The notes: generated by a model from the letters alone, not told the origin. Counted from the stretch's first letter, positions 1-10,802 are shown. The stretch is 64,000 nucleotides of DNA from Alphaproteobacteria bacterium (GCA_965261735.1 OZ253470.1:3776001-3840000), one strand, 5' to 3'. Numbers and translations: made by a program.

Positions 1-459
1 CGCAACGAGGTGCTGGAGCTCAGGTGGGACGACATCGACCGGACGGCGGGGGAGTTGCGGCTGCGCGACGGCAAGACCGGCGCGCGCATGGTGCCGCTGA
101 CGCTGGCGGTGCAAGGCGTGCTGGCGGAAATTCCCCGGGTTCCGGACAACCCGTGGGTGATCGCCGGGCAGAAGCCGGGCGCGCGCATGACCAACGTCAA
201 CGATCCGTGGCTGGTCGTGCGTGCCCGGGCCGGGCTGGAAGATGTACGTATCCATGACCTGCGGCATTCCTGGGCGAGCCGTGCGCTGGCGCTCGGCGAG
301 AGCCTGAGCATGATCGGGAAGCTGCTGGGCCACAACAGGATCGAGACCACCGCGCGCTACGCGCATCTTGCGCGCGACACCGAGAAGGCCTCGGCGGCCA
401 AGATCGGCGGCAGCATCGGCGCCGACATCCTGCCGTTAGAGGATGCGGAGGCGGCGTAA
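1..459 (+). CDS. Tyrosine recombinase/integrase, C-terminal part (5' end outside window)
   Basis: Catalytic motifs K (RDGKTG), HDLRH, LGH and TARY. Stop TAA overlaps the next ATG (TAATG at 457-461). Confidence 0.9.
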   Translation, partial: RNEVLELRWDDIDRTAGELRLRDGKTGARMVPLTLAVQGVLAEIPRVPDNPWVIAGQKPGARMTNVNDPWLVVRARAGLEDVRIHDLRHSWASRALALGESLSMIGKLLGHNRIETTARYAHLARDTEKASAAKIGGSIGADILPLEDAEAA

Positions 460-1688
460 TGGCGAAACTGAACCGGCGTTCGATCTCCCGGCGCACGGTC
501 GAGACGCTCAAGGTCGAGAAGGACACGGTGTTCTGGGATCGGGACTTGCCGGGGTTCGGCATCAGGGTCTACGCCTCGGGCACGAAGATGTACGTCGTGC
601 AAAGCAGGACGAAGGGAAAGTCGGTGCGGGTCACGGTGGGCCGGCACGGGGTGATCTCCGCCGACGAGGCGCGGCGCCGGGCGGCGCGGATCGTCAACCG
701 GATCAAGGCGGGCGAGGACCCGGTTCCGGAGCCTCTGCCGGCCCGGCTCGCGGGCGGGCCGACGGTAGCCGACTTGGCGGCGCGCTACATGGAGAAGCAT
801 GTCGCGGTGCGCTGCAAGGCGTCCACGGCGGAGGGCATCCGGGGGCTGCTCGGCAAGTACATCGTGCCGGAGTTCGGCAAACTCCCGCTCCTCGCGGTGG
901 AGCGCGAGCGGGTGGCGGCGTTCCACATCCGGTTGAGCGGGGTTCCCTACGCGGCGAACCGGGCGGTGGCGCTGATGTCGCGCATGTACGCGATGGCCGC
1001 GGACTGGGAGATGGTCCCCGACGGCACCAACCCTTGCCGGTCGGTGCGCAAGTACCCGGTGCGCGGGCGCGAGCGGTTCCTGACCGACACCGAGTTCCGG
1101 CGTCTCGGCGAGGTTCTCGGCGAGGCCGCCACCGAGGGCGGGGTGTCGGTCCATGCCGTGGCGGCGATCCGGCTGCTGATGTTGACCGGCTGCCGCAAGA
1201 CCGAGATCCTGTCCCTGCAATGGACTGACATCGACCTCGAGGCCAGCGAATTGAGGCTCCGCGAAAGCAAGACGGGCCCGCGCGCGGTGCCGCTGTCGCC
1301 GCCGGCGGCGAGGGTGCTGGCGGAACTGCCCCGGGTTCCGGGCAACCCCTGGGTAATCCCCGGGCAGAAGCCGGACACGCACATGACCAACCTGGACGAC
1401 CCGTGGCGGATCGTGCGGGAGCGCGCGGGGATCGAGAACGTCCGCATTCACGACTGCCGGCATTCCTTCGCATCGAGGGCGCTGGCGCTGGGCGAGAGCC
1501 TGCCCGTGATCGCCAAGCTGCTCGGGCACAGCCAGATCCGGACTACCGCCCGGTATGCGCATCTGGCGCGGGATTCGGTCAAGGCCTCGGCGGCGCGGGT
1601 CGCCGCCAGCATCGCGGAGGATTTCCTGACGGGCGGTTCGGCAACGGCAAAGCTGCCAGGGCGACGGGGTACGGACAGTCCAGGGTAA
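459..1688 (+). CDS. Tyrosine recombinase/integrase with N-terminal arm-DNA-binding domain
   Basis: N-terminal WDRDLPGFGIRV arm-binding motif; TGCR, SKTG, HDCRH, LGH and TARY catalytic residues. Confidence 0.93.
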   Translation: MAKLNRRSISRRTVETLKVEKDTVFWDRDLPGFGIRVYASGTKMYVVQSRTKGKSVRVTVGRHGVISADEARRRAARIVNRIKAGEDPVPEPLPARLAGGPTVADLAARYMEKHVAVRCKASTAEGIRGLLGKYIVPEFGKLPLLAVERERVAAFHIRLSGVPYAANRAVALMSRMYAMAADWEMVPDGTNPCRSVRKYPVRGRERFLTDTEFRRLGEVLGEAATEGGVSVHAVAAIRLLMLTGCRKTEILSLQWTDIDLEASELRLRESKTGPRAVPLSPPAARVLAELPRVPGNPWVIPGQKPDTHMTNLDDPWRIVRERAGIENVRIHDCRHSFASRALALGESLPVIAKLLGHSQIRTTARYAHLARDSVKASAARVAASIAEDFLTGGSATAKLPGRRGTDSPG

Positions 1689-1849
1689 CCAGCTATCGCG
1701 GAACTCCCGGACCGGCAAAGCGACGGCAAGCCTGTTCATTGTCGCCGAGAGAATGCCGGGTAACATTGTCAGACGCCGGAAAGCCGGGAATCATCGACTT
1801 TAGCGAATTTGTCCGATGGCCGAAAGGCCGGTTACCGGGAAAGCAAGTC

Positions 1850-1951
1850 ATGAGCTAATACCGATACTATGAGGTCCAGGCGATAGACCGCCCGCTTGGC
1901 GAGGCGGACATGGAGGCGCTGCGGACATTGTCGACGCGGGCGCGAATCACG
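1850..1951 (+). pseudogene. Truncated N-terminus of a conserved hypothetical protein (MSEYQYYEF...RARIT type)
   Basis: Reads MS*YRYYEVQAIDRPLGEADMEALRTLSTRARIT with TAA at codon 3; similarity to the family as I recall it stops near 1951. Confidence 0.55.
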
Positions 1952-2174
1952 GTGTTGATCGGCGCTCAAGTTGGACGCCGATCGGCACGGTAAGGCATTG
2001 AGATAACTTGATCCAGCGGGGTCAGAATTGGGCGCCGAACAACACCTGAGGGCAACTACGGCAACGGCGGGGCCATGCGCGTCTCGCCGGCTGCGTATCT
2101 TGCCCTGTGGAATGGCATATACTTCCACTAAAATAGTTTCCTAGAAACTCGCCCAGTTAGGGAAAAGCTCTGCC

Positions 2175-3127
2175 ATGCCCCTGATCGACGAATTAATCGC
2201 TGCTGTTGCTACCATAGAATCGGAGATGCCACACTGGGCGCCAGGGCCGGTCTTAGAACCGGATTGGTGGCAGTTGTGCGATGGCGCGACCGCAGCTGAT
2301 GCCTTTGCACATCTTGAGTCCGAAAGCGAATCCTTAAACCGTTTGAACCAAATCCTTCAGAACCACCTCGATCCGCTCGACCTTCCATGCGACGATCAGG
2401 ATAGATTCAATTTAGCCACTTATTGTCGGCTCAGCAGCTCGTCGCTCTGTGGAGGCCTTGCATTGCATTCTTGGCAATGTTGAAGGCATGGGATATTTGG
2501 CAGCAAGTGGCATCCTCGGCGAGCAGATTGCAGGAACTGTAGACCAACTGGTAGATATAGACAGAGCCAACGAGTTTCTGAAATTTATTATCTCAAATGT
2601 TGAGGACGATGCCGACGAAAGCAAGGATGTGGCGTTGTGCAGAGAAAAGACGATCAGCGCGATAGAACGGGGCCATGATGTCGACAATGACGGGCACGTT
2701 CCGATTGAGACAGTTAGAGGGAACCAGCGCTCTAAGTCGGTGCGCAGAATTTACGAGGGATGCCGCCGACATCATTGTCTCGTCGGTTAAGGCATTAGAT
2801 GATCCGATCGAAGCTGCGCAGCTTTTGAATATGACTGACCGCACGGTGCTTACCAACGAAATTCTTCAACGGTCTGTCGCCTTGGTAATTTTGGGGCACG
2901 AACACATGACTACCAGCAGAGCTTACGAGAGATTGGCACACGCCGCGTCGCAAGCCCATGAAGTTCTGGAAGATGCCCGCGTCGAATTAATTGATAACCA
3001 AGATGAAAATATGGAACCAGCCATAGAGGCGTGCGCCGAACTACTCGACGCTGCACGACAGGCCGCGGCATTTTGCACTGCACAAGCGGCTTTGGAGGAC
3101 TGTATAAAAGCCTTCATCAATCGATAG
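2175..3127 (+). pseudogene. Lower-GC helical hypothetical protein split over three frames
   Basis: Overlapping ORFs 2175-2483, 2449-2790 and 2675-3127 in successive frames, acidic/helical composition, visibly lower GC than flanks. Confidence 0.45.
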
Positions 3128-3440
3128 CATCGGTCGCCTGCGTGAGACCGATGATTATCGAACCCGATAACCTCAGCTTGCCGCGTAGCCGGGAGATCGT
3201 GGACCTTATAGCCGAACTGGGTTTCGCCCCCCACCCGAAAGCATTGCCTCGCTGTCTCAGTACCATCTTTGCCTGCACGCCGAACGACGTTTTGTAACTG
3301 CCGAGGGTAACTATTCGCCCGATTTTATTTCTGGTTTGTGATTTGGCTGTTGACCGGCATCGATCGGGTCGGCGGCGTTTCCGGTATACCGCGCTGGCGG
3401 GCCGGAACGGAGCGCAGCAAAGTGGGGGACCTGAGCAACC

Positions 3441-3545
3441 TTACGGGTCCACTTCCTCACGGTCCTCGCGATAGTCGCCGACGACCCACATGAGGCTCTG
3501 GATGTCGATCCGGTCGCGTGGGTCGAGGTCCGACAGCCGCAGGAC
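3441..3545 (-). pseudogene. C-terminal fragment of a hypothetical protein (LDPRDRIDIQSLMWV motif)
   Basis: Protein-like C-terminal motif with no credible N-terminus before the SBP upstream region. Confidence 0.35.
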
Positions 3546-3715
3546 GCAAGCCAGTTGCAATGCGAGCGGTTCCGAGTCACGATCAACTCGCTGATAAGGT
3601 GTCCAAATGGGTAATCTCGGCCAAAGCCGTGCAAGCACCAGCGATGGTTGGCGACGCGCCGGCGCCCTGCTATGTTGCGGGACGCCAACAATCGAATGAA
3701 CCAGGGAGGAACCCA

Positions 3716-4873
3716 ATGAGGGTGTTGTCGACAGTTGCGGCCGCGGTAGCGCTGGCCGTCGTAGCGACGGGGACCGCGTCGGCGCAGTCGAAGGACCCGC
3801 TCAGGCTGCCGTTCGCCTATATCTTCAGCGGCCCGTACATCGAGTACGGCGAGCGCGCGTGGAACCTCGGGCTCGTGCCGGCGGTCGAGGAGATCAACAA
3901 GGCCGGTGGCGTCAAGGGCCGCCCGCTGGAGTTCTACAAGATCGACGTGCGGTTTCCGGATACCGCCCAGTGGATCAGCGAGTTCCGCCGCCTGTGCAAC
4001 GACCCCAACGTGCCGTTGATTTACGGCGTCGGCGCCACCAAGAGCACGCTCGCCATTTACGAGGACACCAACAAGTGCGGTATTCCGGTGTTCAACCCGA
4101 GTTCCGCCGGAAGCTGGCCGCACAAGGACTTCGGCGAGTGGACCTTTCGCTACCAACCGATCGCGAGCAAGGTCTACCCCTCGATGATCGCCAAGGTGCA
4201 CAAGGTGCTCGGCATTAGCCGGTTCGCCATCTCGCACACCCAGGACGACGAGTACGCCGTCAACAATAACCTCGTCCTGAGAAAGGTACTCGCCGAACAG
4301 GGGCTCGAGATCGTCTCCGAGACCTCGTTCAGGGGCAAGGAAACCAACTTCGCCTCGCAGGTGGCGGCAATCCGGGCGGCCAAGCCTGAAGCCGTCGTGC
4401 TCACCCATCAGGCCGGCGACGCCGGGACGTTCCTGTTGCAGCTCCGCGATCGCGGCGTCGATGCCCAGGCGGTCTCGGACACGGTCACCAGCAACGTCGA
4501 CTTCTGGAAGCTGTCCAAGGGCCACGCCAAGGGGGCCATCGGCTACGCGCTCTATGCCGCCGACGACCCGCGACCGATAGTCCAGAACTGGGTCAAGCTG
4601 TGGCGCGAAAAGTCGGGCAAGATGGATGCGGCGCCCGACAACATCGTCACCGCCTATTACGACGCGACGCACATCGTCGCGCACGTCCTCAACACGGCGA
4701 CCGACCTGAGCCGCAAGTCGATCCGCGACGCCTTCTTACGGGTCAAGGACTACGAGGCCATCAGCGGCACGGTCACGTGGAGCGCGGTCGGTGATGTCGA
4801 CCGGCCCAGTGCCGTTCTGATTCAGATCGGCGAGGGCGGTGTCACGCACAACTGGCCCCGAACGGGCAGTTAA
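3716..4873 (+). CDS. ABC transporter substrate-binding protein, LivK/branched-chain type
   Basis: RBS GGAGG before ATG 3716, signal peptide, EEINKAGGVKGRPLE motif. Confidence 0.88.
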   Translation: MRVLSTVAAAVALAVVATGTASAQSKDPLRLPFAYIFSGPYIEYGERAWNLGLVPAVEEINKAGGVKGRPLEFYKIDVRFPDTAQWISEFRRLCNDPNVPLIYGVGATKSTLAIYEDTNKCGIPVFNPSSAGSWPHKDFGEWTFRYQPIASKVYPSMIAKVHKVLGISRFAISHTQDDEYAVNNNLVLRKVLAEQGLEIVSETSFRGKETNFASQVAAIRAAKPEAVVLTHQAGDAGTFLLQLRDRGVDAQAVSDTVTSNVDFWKLSKGHAKGAIGYALYAADDPRPIVQNWVKLWREKSGKMDAAPDNIVTAYYDATHIVAHVLNTATDLSRKSIRDAFLRVKDYEAISGTVTWSAVGDVDRPSAVLIQIGEGGVTHNWPRTGS

Positions 4874-4901
4874 CCGGCGGTCCGAAACGTGCCTTCGCGA
4901 A

Positions 4902-4938
4902 GCGCGCGCCGGGGTGGCTAGTTCACTCCGGCGCGCGC
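4902..4938 (+). other. GC-rich intergenic stem-loop
   Basis: gcgcgcgccgg...ccggcgcgcgc inverted repeat after the SBP gene; no U tract, so possibly mRNA-stabilising. Confidence 0.45.
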
Positions 4939-5003
4939 GTCGCGAAGCGCGCGATCCGCCTATCCATTGACCCGCGCATCCGCGCACCACGCAATGAGGG
5001 GCC

Positions 5004-6095
5004 ATGACCAGTGCGTTTGACAGGGTGATCTCAGCCGATTCGCACGTCAACGAACCGTTAGACCTCTGGGCTCGGGCGTTGGGCGACAGATTCGGCGATC
5101 AAACGCCCCGCGGCCTCGATTCTTACCGCGGCCGGGACGGCCATTTCTTCTTTTCCGGTCGCGAGGTCTTACGGCTTGGCGACCCCGAAGCCGAGGCCGG
5201 CCCGGGATCGCGCGAAGCGGGCTTCATGCCCGATCGCCGCGTGCGCTTCCAGGAGGAGGCCGATGTCGAGTCGGAGCTCCTCTACCCCACGCTGGGCCTG
5301 ATCCTGTTCCGCTCCCACCCCGGTGAGGTGTTGCGCGCGGCCGCCGGAGTCTTCAACGATTGGCTCGGCGAGTTCGCGTCCTACGATCCGAAGCGGCTCG
5401 TCGGTATCGGCATGGTACCGATGGATGACGTCGACTGGGCGATAGGCGAGCTCGAGCGGATCAGCAAGATGGGGTTCCGCGGGGCCATCATCAACACCCT
5501 TGCACCCGAGGGCTGCCCGCCTTACCGCGACTCGGTCTACGACCCGTTCTGGGCGCGCGCCGAGGAGCTTGATATCCCGCTTACGCTGCACTCGCTGGCC
5601 GGCCGCACGCCCTCGCCCTTCGGCTTCCACACCGCCGAGGAGCACGAGGAATCACCTCGCACCATGCTGTTCGCGTTCTTCGAGATCGCCGACGTGCTCG
5701 CCAACGAGTTCATCTTCGGCAAGATCCTCGACCGGTTCCCGCGCCTCAAGATCGTGTGCAGCGAGTTCGAGCTGTCATGGATTCCGCACTTCATGTGGCG
5801 CCTCGACCAGATGCAGACGGCTTTCGCCGAGCGCATGCCGCTGCCGCAGCTCGACCTCAAGGCCAGCGACTACCTGCGCACCCGCATCTGGCAGGGAATT
5901 ATTGACGATCCACTCGCGCGCGAGACCATTCCGCACGTCGGCGTGAGCCGGATCCTCTGGGGTTCGGACTACCCCCACGTACGCTCCATCGGCCTCAATG
6001 CGCATAGCGCGGTGGCGCAAATCTTCGAGGGCATGCCGGAGGCCGACCAGGCCCGCATTGTCGCCACCAACGCGGCCGAACTCTACAGCCTCTAG
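5004..6095 (+). CDS. Amidohydrolase family 2 protein
   Basis: ISADSHVNEP, YDPFWA, PLTLH and WGSDYPH motifs. Confidence 0.9.
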   Translation: MTSAFDRVISADSHVNEPLDLWARALGDRFGDQTPRGLDSYRGRDGHFFFSGREVLRLGDPEAEAGPGSREAGFMPDRRVRFQEEADVESELLYPTLGLILFRSHPGEVLRAAAGVFNDWLGEFASYDPKRLVGIGMVPMDDVDWAIGELERISKMGFRGAIINTLAPEGCPPYRDSVYDPFWARAEELDIPLTLHSLAGRTPSPFGFHTAEEHEESPRTMLFAFFEIADVLANEFIFGKILDRFPRLKIVCSEFELSWIPHFMWRLDQMQTAFAERMPLPQLDLKASDYLRTRIWQGIIDDPLARETIPHVGVSRILWGSDYPHVRSIGLNAHSAVAQIFEGMPEADQARIVATNAAELYSL

Positions 6096-6121
6096 CCAAC
6101 TCCTCAACAAGGGGACCCGCC

Positions 6122-6268
6122 ATGCGCGTGGCCTTTACCGACGTCGACGGCATCCGCACCCGCTACTTCTACGAAGGCTCGGGGCCGACGCTCGTTCTCA
6201 TCCATGGGCTGGGCATCTCGGCCGACAGCTGGACCCGCAACATCGACGCGTTGGCCGAGCACTTCACG
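6122..6268 (+). pseudogene. Alpha/beta hydrolase, N-terminal fragment only
   Basis: GSGPTLVLIHGLG...WTRNIDALAEHF, then an abrupt junction with antisense istA. Confidence 0.8.
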
Positions 6269-7273
6269 GCAGCGATCGCCCGGTTCAGCGACGCCAGATC
6301 ATGGAAGACATGGTTGCGCAGCGGCGCCAGGACCCTGCGCTCAACGTGTAGCACTCCTTGCTCGACGAGTCCCTTGTCGCGCGGGCGCCGGACCCGCGCC
6401 GGCAGGCCCTGGACGCCGTAATGTTCGAGCAGATCGGCGTAGGTCTCGTTCAGGACCGGCTCGTAGCGCGACGGCTGCGTCACCGCCGGCTTGAGGTTGT
6501 CGGGCACCACCAGCTGCGGCGCCCAGCCCATGTCCTCGAAGCAGCGCACGTGCGAAGCGCACCAGTCCTCGATCTTCTGGGTCAGCGTCGCCTCGGCGTA
6601 GAGCCGCCCCGAGACCCCCATCGAGGCCACGAACACCTGCGCCTCGTGCTCGACCCCGTCGACCAGGAGCACAATCGTCATGCCGGCGTAATCGACGAAC
6701 AGCCGCTCTCCGGGACGGCGATTTTGGCGCATCGTCACGTCCCGGCGCGGTCGCCATTCCCGGAAACGGCGACACCAGGTCGGATAGCTCATCCCGTCGG
6801 GATGCGTCTCGCGCCATTCCTCCCACAGCAGCATCAGCGTCATGCCGCGGCCGGACAGGTCTTTCTCGACCTTCGCCCAGTCCACCTCCGGCCAATCCGA
6901 AGCCCGGGACCTCCGATAGAGCGCCGCCTCCAGGACCTCCTCGTCCAGGTCGCGGGCCTCCGGCCAGCTCAGCCCCGAGGCGGCGAACCGCTCCAGGGTC
7001 TGCGCCACCGAGCGCCGCGCTGGGCCGCAGTGGGTGGCGATCGCGCGGGCGCTGCGGCCCTCGTCGAAATGAAACGCAAGAATCCTCTTCACCTTTCTCA
7101 TCGGTAACCTTCCCTGTGCCATCCCGTACCCCTCGGACCAATCGCGAAAGTCCGAGGCGTACGATGACACCCTGAGTCGCACCAAAACCCGCCGCCCCCG
7201 AGGGGTGGCTACCTTGGTGAGATTGGGTGGCTACCATGGTGAGAATCGGTGGCTACCTTCGTGAGATTCCGCA
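6266..7273 (-). mobile_element. istA: IS21-family element, truncated (istA 5' part from ATG 7122; 3' part and istB lost)
   Basis: IstA motifs LFVDYAG, VPDNLK and RDKGLVE; left end TGCGGAATCTCAC starts at 7273. Confidence 0.9.
7204..7268. repeat. Three direct repeats with 22-bp period in the IS21 left end (transposase-binding sites)
   Basis: ggtggctacc(t/a)t(g/c)gtgaga starts at 7204, 7226 and 7248. Confidence 0.85.
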
Positions 7274-8206
7274 GGCTTGTAGGTGCTGGTGGCTAACGCC
7301 GTGGTGGATACCGATCAGCCACGTCTTCAGGTTGGCGAAAACCAGATGGATGATCGGCAGGTATTGCTCGGCAACCTCTGGATCACCACACTCGGCAACA
7401 GCGAAGTGCTCATAGCCGCGCTTACCGAGGCCAGCATAGCCGCTCCAATCGTCAGTAACGATCAGCGATCGCGGCGCGACGGTGCTCTCGACGAACCCAC
7501 AGAGCGACTCGGCGCTACGGTCGAGCACGACGGCGAGCCGAACGCGTCCGGCATAGCGTCCGTCTTTCCGGTTGTCGAGCTTGGTGCCCGGCTTTCGATG
7601 ACGCACCTCGATGGCACAGGAGACGGGAACCTTGTGGTGAACACCACGGCCTTCCCCACGCGTTCGCCCGCCAACCCAGGTTTCGTCCACCTCAACATGG
7701 TTCTTGGGCTGTCCACCGATCCTGTCTTGGTTGGGCCGCACCATGCCCGAGCGGAGCTTGTGGAGAATTTGAAAGGCCGTCTCGTAGCGCGAAAGACCAA
7801 GTTGCCGCTGAAACTGCACGGCGGACATGCCGGGCGTCTGACTGGCGACCAGATAAGCGGCCCAGAACCAGACGTTCAGCGGAGTGTGGCTACGCTCCAT
7901 CACTGTTCCCACCGTCAGCCCGGTGTTCTGGCGGCACTTGCGGCAGCGCAGGACGCCAGGGCGGTTTTCAAAGTGGAACGGCTCTCCCGCCGTGCCGCAG
8001 TGCGGGCAGGCAAAGCCGTCTCCCCAGCGGGCTTTCTCCAGGTAGGCGGCGCAGGCCGCATCATCGGGGAAAAGTCGCTGGAACTCGGGTAGCGAATGCG
8101 GGAATGGGAGATCGGCGCGGTCGAGAACATCCATGGCGCGCTCCCCTATATCCGGGTTGCGCCCATTCTAGCCCTAGTGGGTGTGGGTGTAAACCGGATA
8201 GGCAAG
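7274..8206 (-). mobile_element. IS1595-family element (type A) copy, 3' end cut by IS21
   Basis: CPHC...CRKC zinc ribbon and VEVDET motif; left IR CTTGCCTATCCGGTT at 8206. Confidence 0.92.
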
Positions 8207-8268
8207 CTTTCAACACCTTGTCAACACAAGGACGGTGGCGGTGTTCGGCGAAGGACGATCTTAAGGCA

Positions 8269-8610
8269 CTATCGCCGGTGTATCCCGGCGCGGGCTGGGT
8301 TCCACATGCGAAACACGGAATCCTGACCGAACCGCGCCTGAAACGCAGCAGAAATCTCGTCGACCAACTTCATGCTGCGATCGGTGTCGGCCGTGACGGC
8401 GCCCATCACCACCCTGACCGGCTCCCGCTGCAAGTTACCGGTTGGCTCGAGCCACTGCCTCCGGCCTTCCAGCACGGTCAGCCTCGCCCGGAATCGCGGC
8501 GTGATGGTATCCGCAAGGAAGCGTTCCCATTCTTCCTCCGTGACAACCTTGCCCGTGTGGCGTCGGCCAAACCGAAGAAGAGTCGGAATAAACCGCGGAC
8601 CGCGTGAGGC
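8269..8610 (-). pseudogene. DUF3574-like protein, frameshifted
   Basis: LFFGL in one frame; VVTEEEWERFLADTITPRF...LTVLEG...QW...RFGQDSVFR in another; shift near 8555. Confidence 0.65.
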
Positions 8611-8739
8611 GGCATTTCGACAGGCTGCTGGCGAGGGGATGACGACATCGCCCGCTCGCCGGCGGCAACGCCCGATGGCCCAACCGGGGTTGCGGTGTTC
8701 ATCCGGAAATGATTTGCTGGTCGGGTGTCAGAGGAGGGG

Positions 8740-10042
8740 GATGATCGTGCGTCGGCCTATCGGCCCAGCCTTCGCGATTCCGTTGGCTTCCGTCCTGCCT
8801 CAGCCGGCTTGGGCGGCGGAGGCGGCTTTCAGCGCCGGCGACACCGCATGGATCATCGTCGCCAGCGCGCTGGTCCTGTTGATGACCCTGCCGGGCCTGG
8901 CGATGTTCTATGCCGGGCTGGTGCGCTCCCAGGCCGTGCTGTCGGTGATCATGCAATGTTTCGCGATCACCTGCGTTGCGAGCCTGCTCTGGCTGATCCT
9001 CGGCTACAGCCTGGCCTTTGCCGACAGCGTCGGCGGCATCATCGGTGGTCTCGGCAAGGCTTTCTTCGCCGGCGTGACGCCGGACGCCTTGAACGGCTCG
9101 ATTCCCGAGATCGTTTTTGCCGTTTTCCAGATGACCTTTGCCATCATCACCCCGGCCCTGATGGTCGGCGCGTATGTCGAGCGCGTCAAGTTCCAGGCTG
9201 TGCTCATTCTGAGCGGGGTGTGGCTCATCGTGGTCTACGCGCCGGTCTGCCATTGGATCTGGGGCGGCGGTTGGCTCAGCGCGCTCGGAATCATGGACTT
9301 CGCCGGTGGCCTGGTGGTGCACACGACCGCCGGCGTATCGGCGCTTGTCATCGCTGTCATGGTGGGCGGCCGCCGCGGCTTTCCCAATCAGATCCATCCG
9401 CCGCACAATCCCGGCATGACGGCGGCGGGGGCAGCGCTGCTCTGGGTCGGCTGGTTCGGCTTCAACGGCGGCAGTCAACTGGCTGCCGATGGCAGCGCCG
9501 GCATGGCCATCGCCGCGACCCACATCGCCGCGGCGGCCGCGGCCGCAACCTGGTCGGCTACCGAGTGGATCAAGTTCGGCAAGACCTCTGTCGTCGGCGC
9601 CGCGACCGGCGTCATCGCCGGTCTCGCCACGGTCACGCCCGCTTCGGGCTTCATCGGCCCGGTCGGCGCCTTGATGCTGGGCGTGGCCGCGGGCGCGGTC
9701 TGCTTCTTCGCGACAGAACTGGTCAAGCAGCGATGGAAGATCGACGACTCCCTTGACGTCTTTGCCGTGCATGGCGTCGGCGGCATGTTGGGTTCACTGC
9801 TGGTCGCCGGCCTCGCCGTCGGGGCGCTGGGCGGGAACGGCTTGGCCGAGAATATGACGATCGCCAAGCAGTTCGGCGTTCAGGTGGTCGGTCTGCTCGC
9901 CACCGCGGCGTGGTCGGCCCTGGCCACCTTCGCGATCGTGAAGATCACGGCGGCGCTTACCGGCGGTCTCAGGGTCGACGAGGAAGGCGAATTGGTGGGC
10001 CTCGATCTTGCTGCCCATGGCGAAAGGGGTTATGACTTCTGA
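8740..10042 (+). CDS. amtB: Ammonium transporter AmtB
   Basis: FQMTFAIIT, HWIWGGG, DFAGGLVVH, WFGFNGGS and DDSLDVFAVHG (twin His); RBS GAGGAGG before ATG 8740. Confidence 0.96.
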
Positions 10043-10066
10043 TCGGGCATGGAGGACGCTAAGCCG

Positions 10067-10405
10067 ATGAAGCTGATCAGGGCGGTGGTCAAACCGCACA
10101 AGCTCGACCCGGTACACGAGGCGCTGGTCGAGGTCGGGGTTACCGACCTGACTGCGAGCGAGGTCAAGGGGTTCGACCGGCAGATGGGTCATGCCGAGAT
10201 GCACCGGGGCACGGAATACCGGATCGCTTTCATGCCGATGGTGAAGATCGAGGCGGTGGTGACCGACGAGTTGGTCGAACCGGTGATGGAGGCGATCCGC
10301 CGAGCCGCCGGCACCAACCAGGACGACGACGGCAAGATCTCCGTCTGCGAGGTGGTTGGCACGCGGCGGATCCATGGCGGCGAGACCGGCGAGGCGGCGC
10401 TGTAG
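10067..10405 (+). CDS. P-II family nitrogen regulator, divergent GlnK-like (alternative start 10049)
   Basis: 112 aa; MKLI...KP.KL, T-loop RGTEY, DGKI, GETGEAAL; several effector-site residues altered. Confidence 0.9.
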   Translation: MKLIRAVVKPHKLDPVHEALVEVGVTDLTASEVKGFDRQMGHAEMHRGTEYRIAFMPMVKIEAVVTDELVEPVMEAIRRAAGTNQDDDGKISVCEVVGTRRIHGGETGEAAL

Positions 10406-10461
10406 CCGCCGCGGCACTCGCGGAGCCGAAGCGGGCGGAGAGCAAGTCAAAGGACACGGCG

Positions 10462-10800
10462 ATGGAAGTGAGAACCGAACGACAAGACGGAACCCTGGTC
10501 GCCGAGGTCGAGGGCCGTATCGATGGCGTCACCGCCCGCGAGTTCGAGGATACGATGAAGTCCGCCATCAGCGAGGAGGACGCCGCGGTGATCATGGATC
10601 TTGAAGGCGTCTCTTACGTCAGCAGCGCGGGGCTCAGAGCGATTCTGTTGATCGCCAAGGACCTCGGGAAACGCGACGCGAAGTTCGCCTTGTGCTCGCT
10701 CGCCGAACCGATTGGGGAGGTCTTCGATATGGCGGGATTCGACAAGATCATCAAGATTCACCGCACCAGGGCGGAGGCGCTGACCGAGACGGGCGGCTGA
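10462..10800 (+). CDS. STAS-domain anti-sigma factor antagonist (RsbV/SpoIIAA-like)
   Basis: GRID, DLEGVSYVSSAGLR (phosphoacceptor Ser) and VFDMAGF. Confidence 0.92.
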   Translation: MEVRTERQDGTLVAEVEGRIDGVTAREFEDTMKSAISEEDAAVIMDLEGVSYVSSAGLRAILLIAKDLGKRDAKFALCSLAEPIGEVFDMAGFDKIIKIHRTRAEALTETGG

Positions 10801-10802
10801 AC

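Noticed and set aside
7204-7268. Three short direct repeats resembling a mini-CRISPR or iterons
   Set aside because: No spacers, 22-bp period, and located inside an IS21 end where such repeats are expected.
8690-8740. Possible sigma54 promoter upstream of amtB, and likewise of GSIII
   Set aside because: The GG...GC spacing is 9 rather than 10 nt before amtB, and there is no proper -12 element before GSIII.
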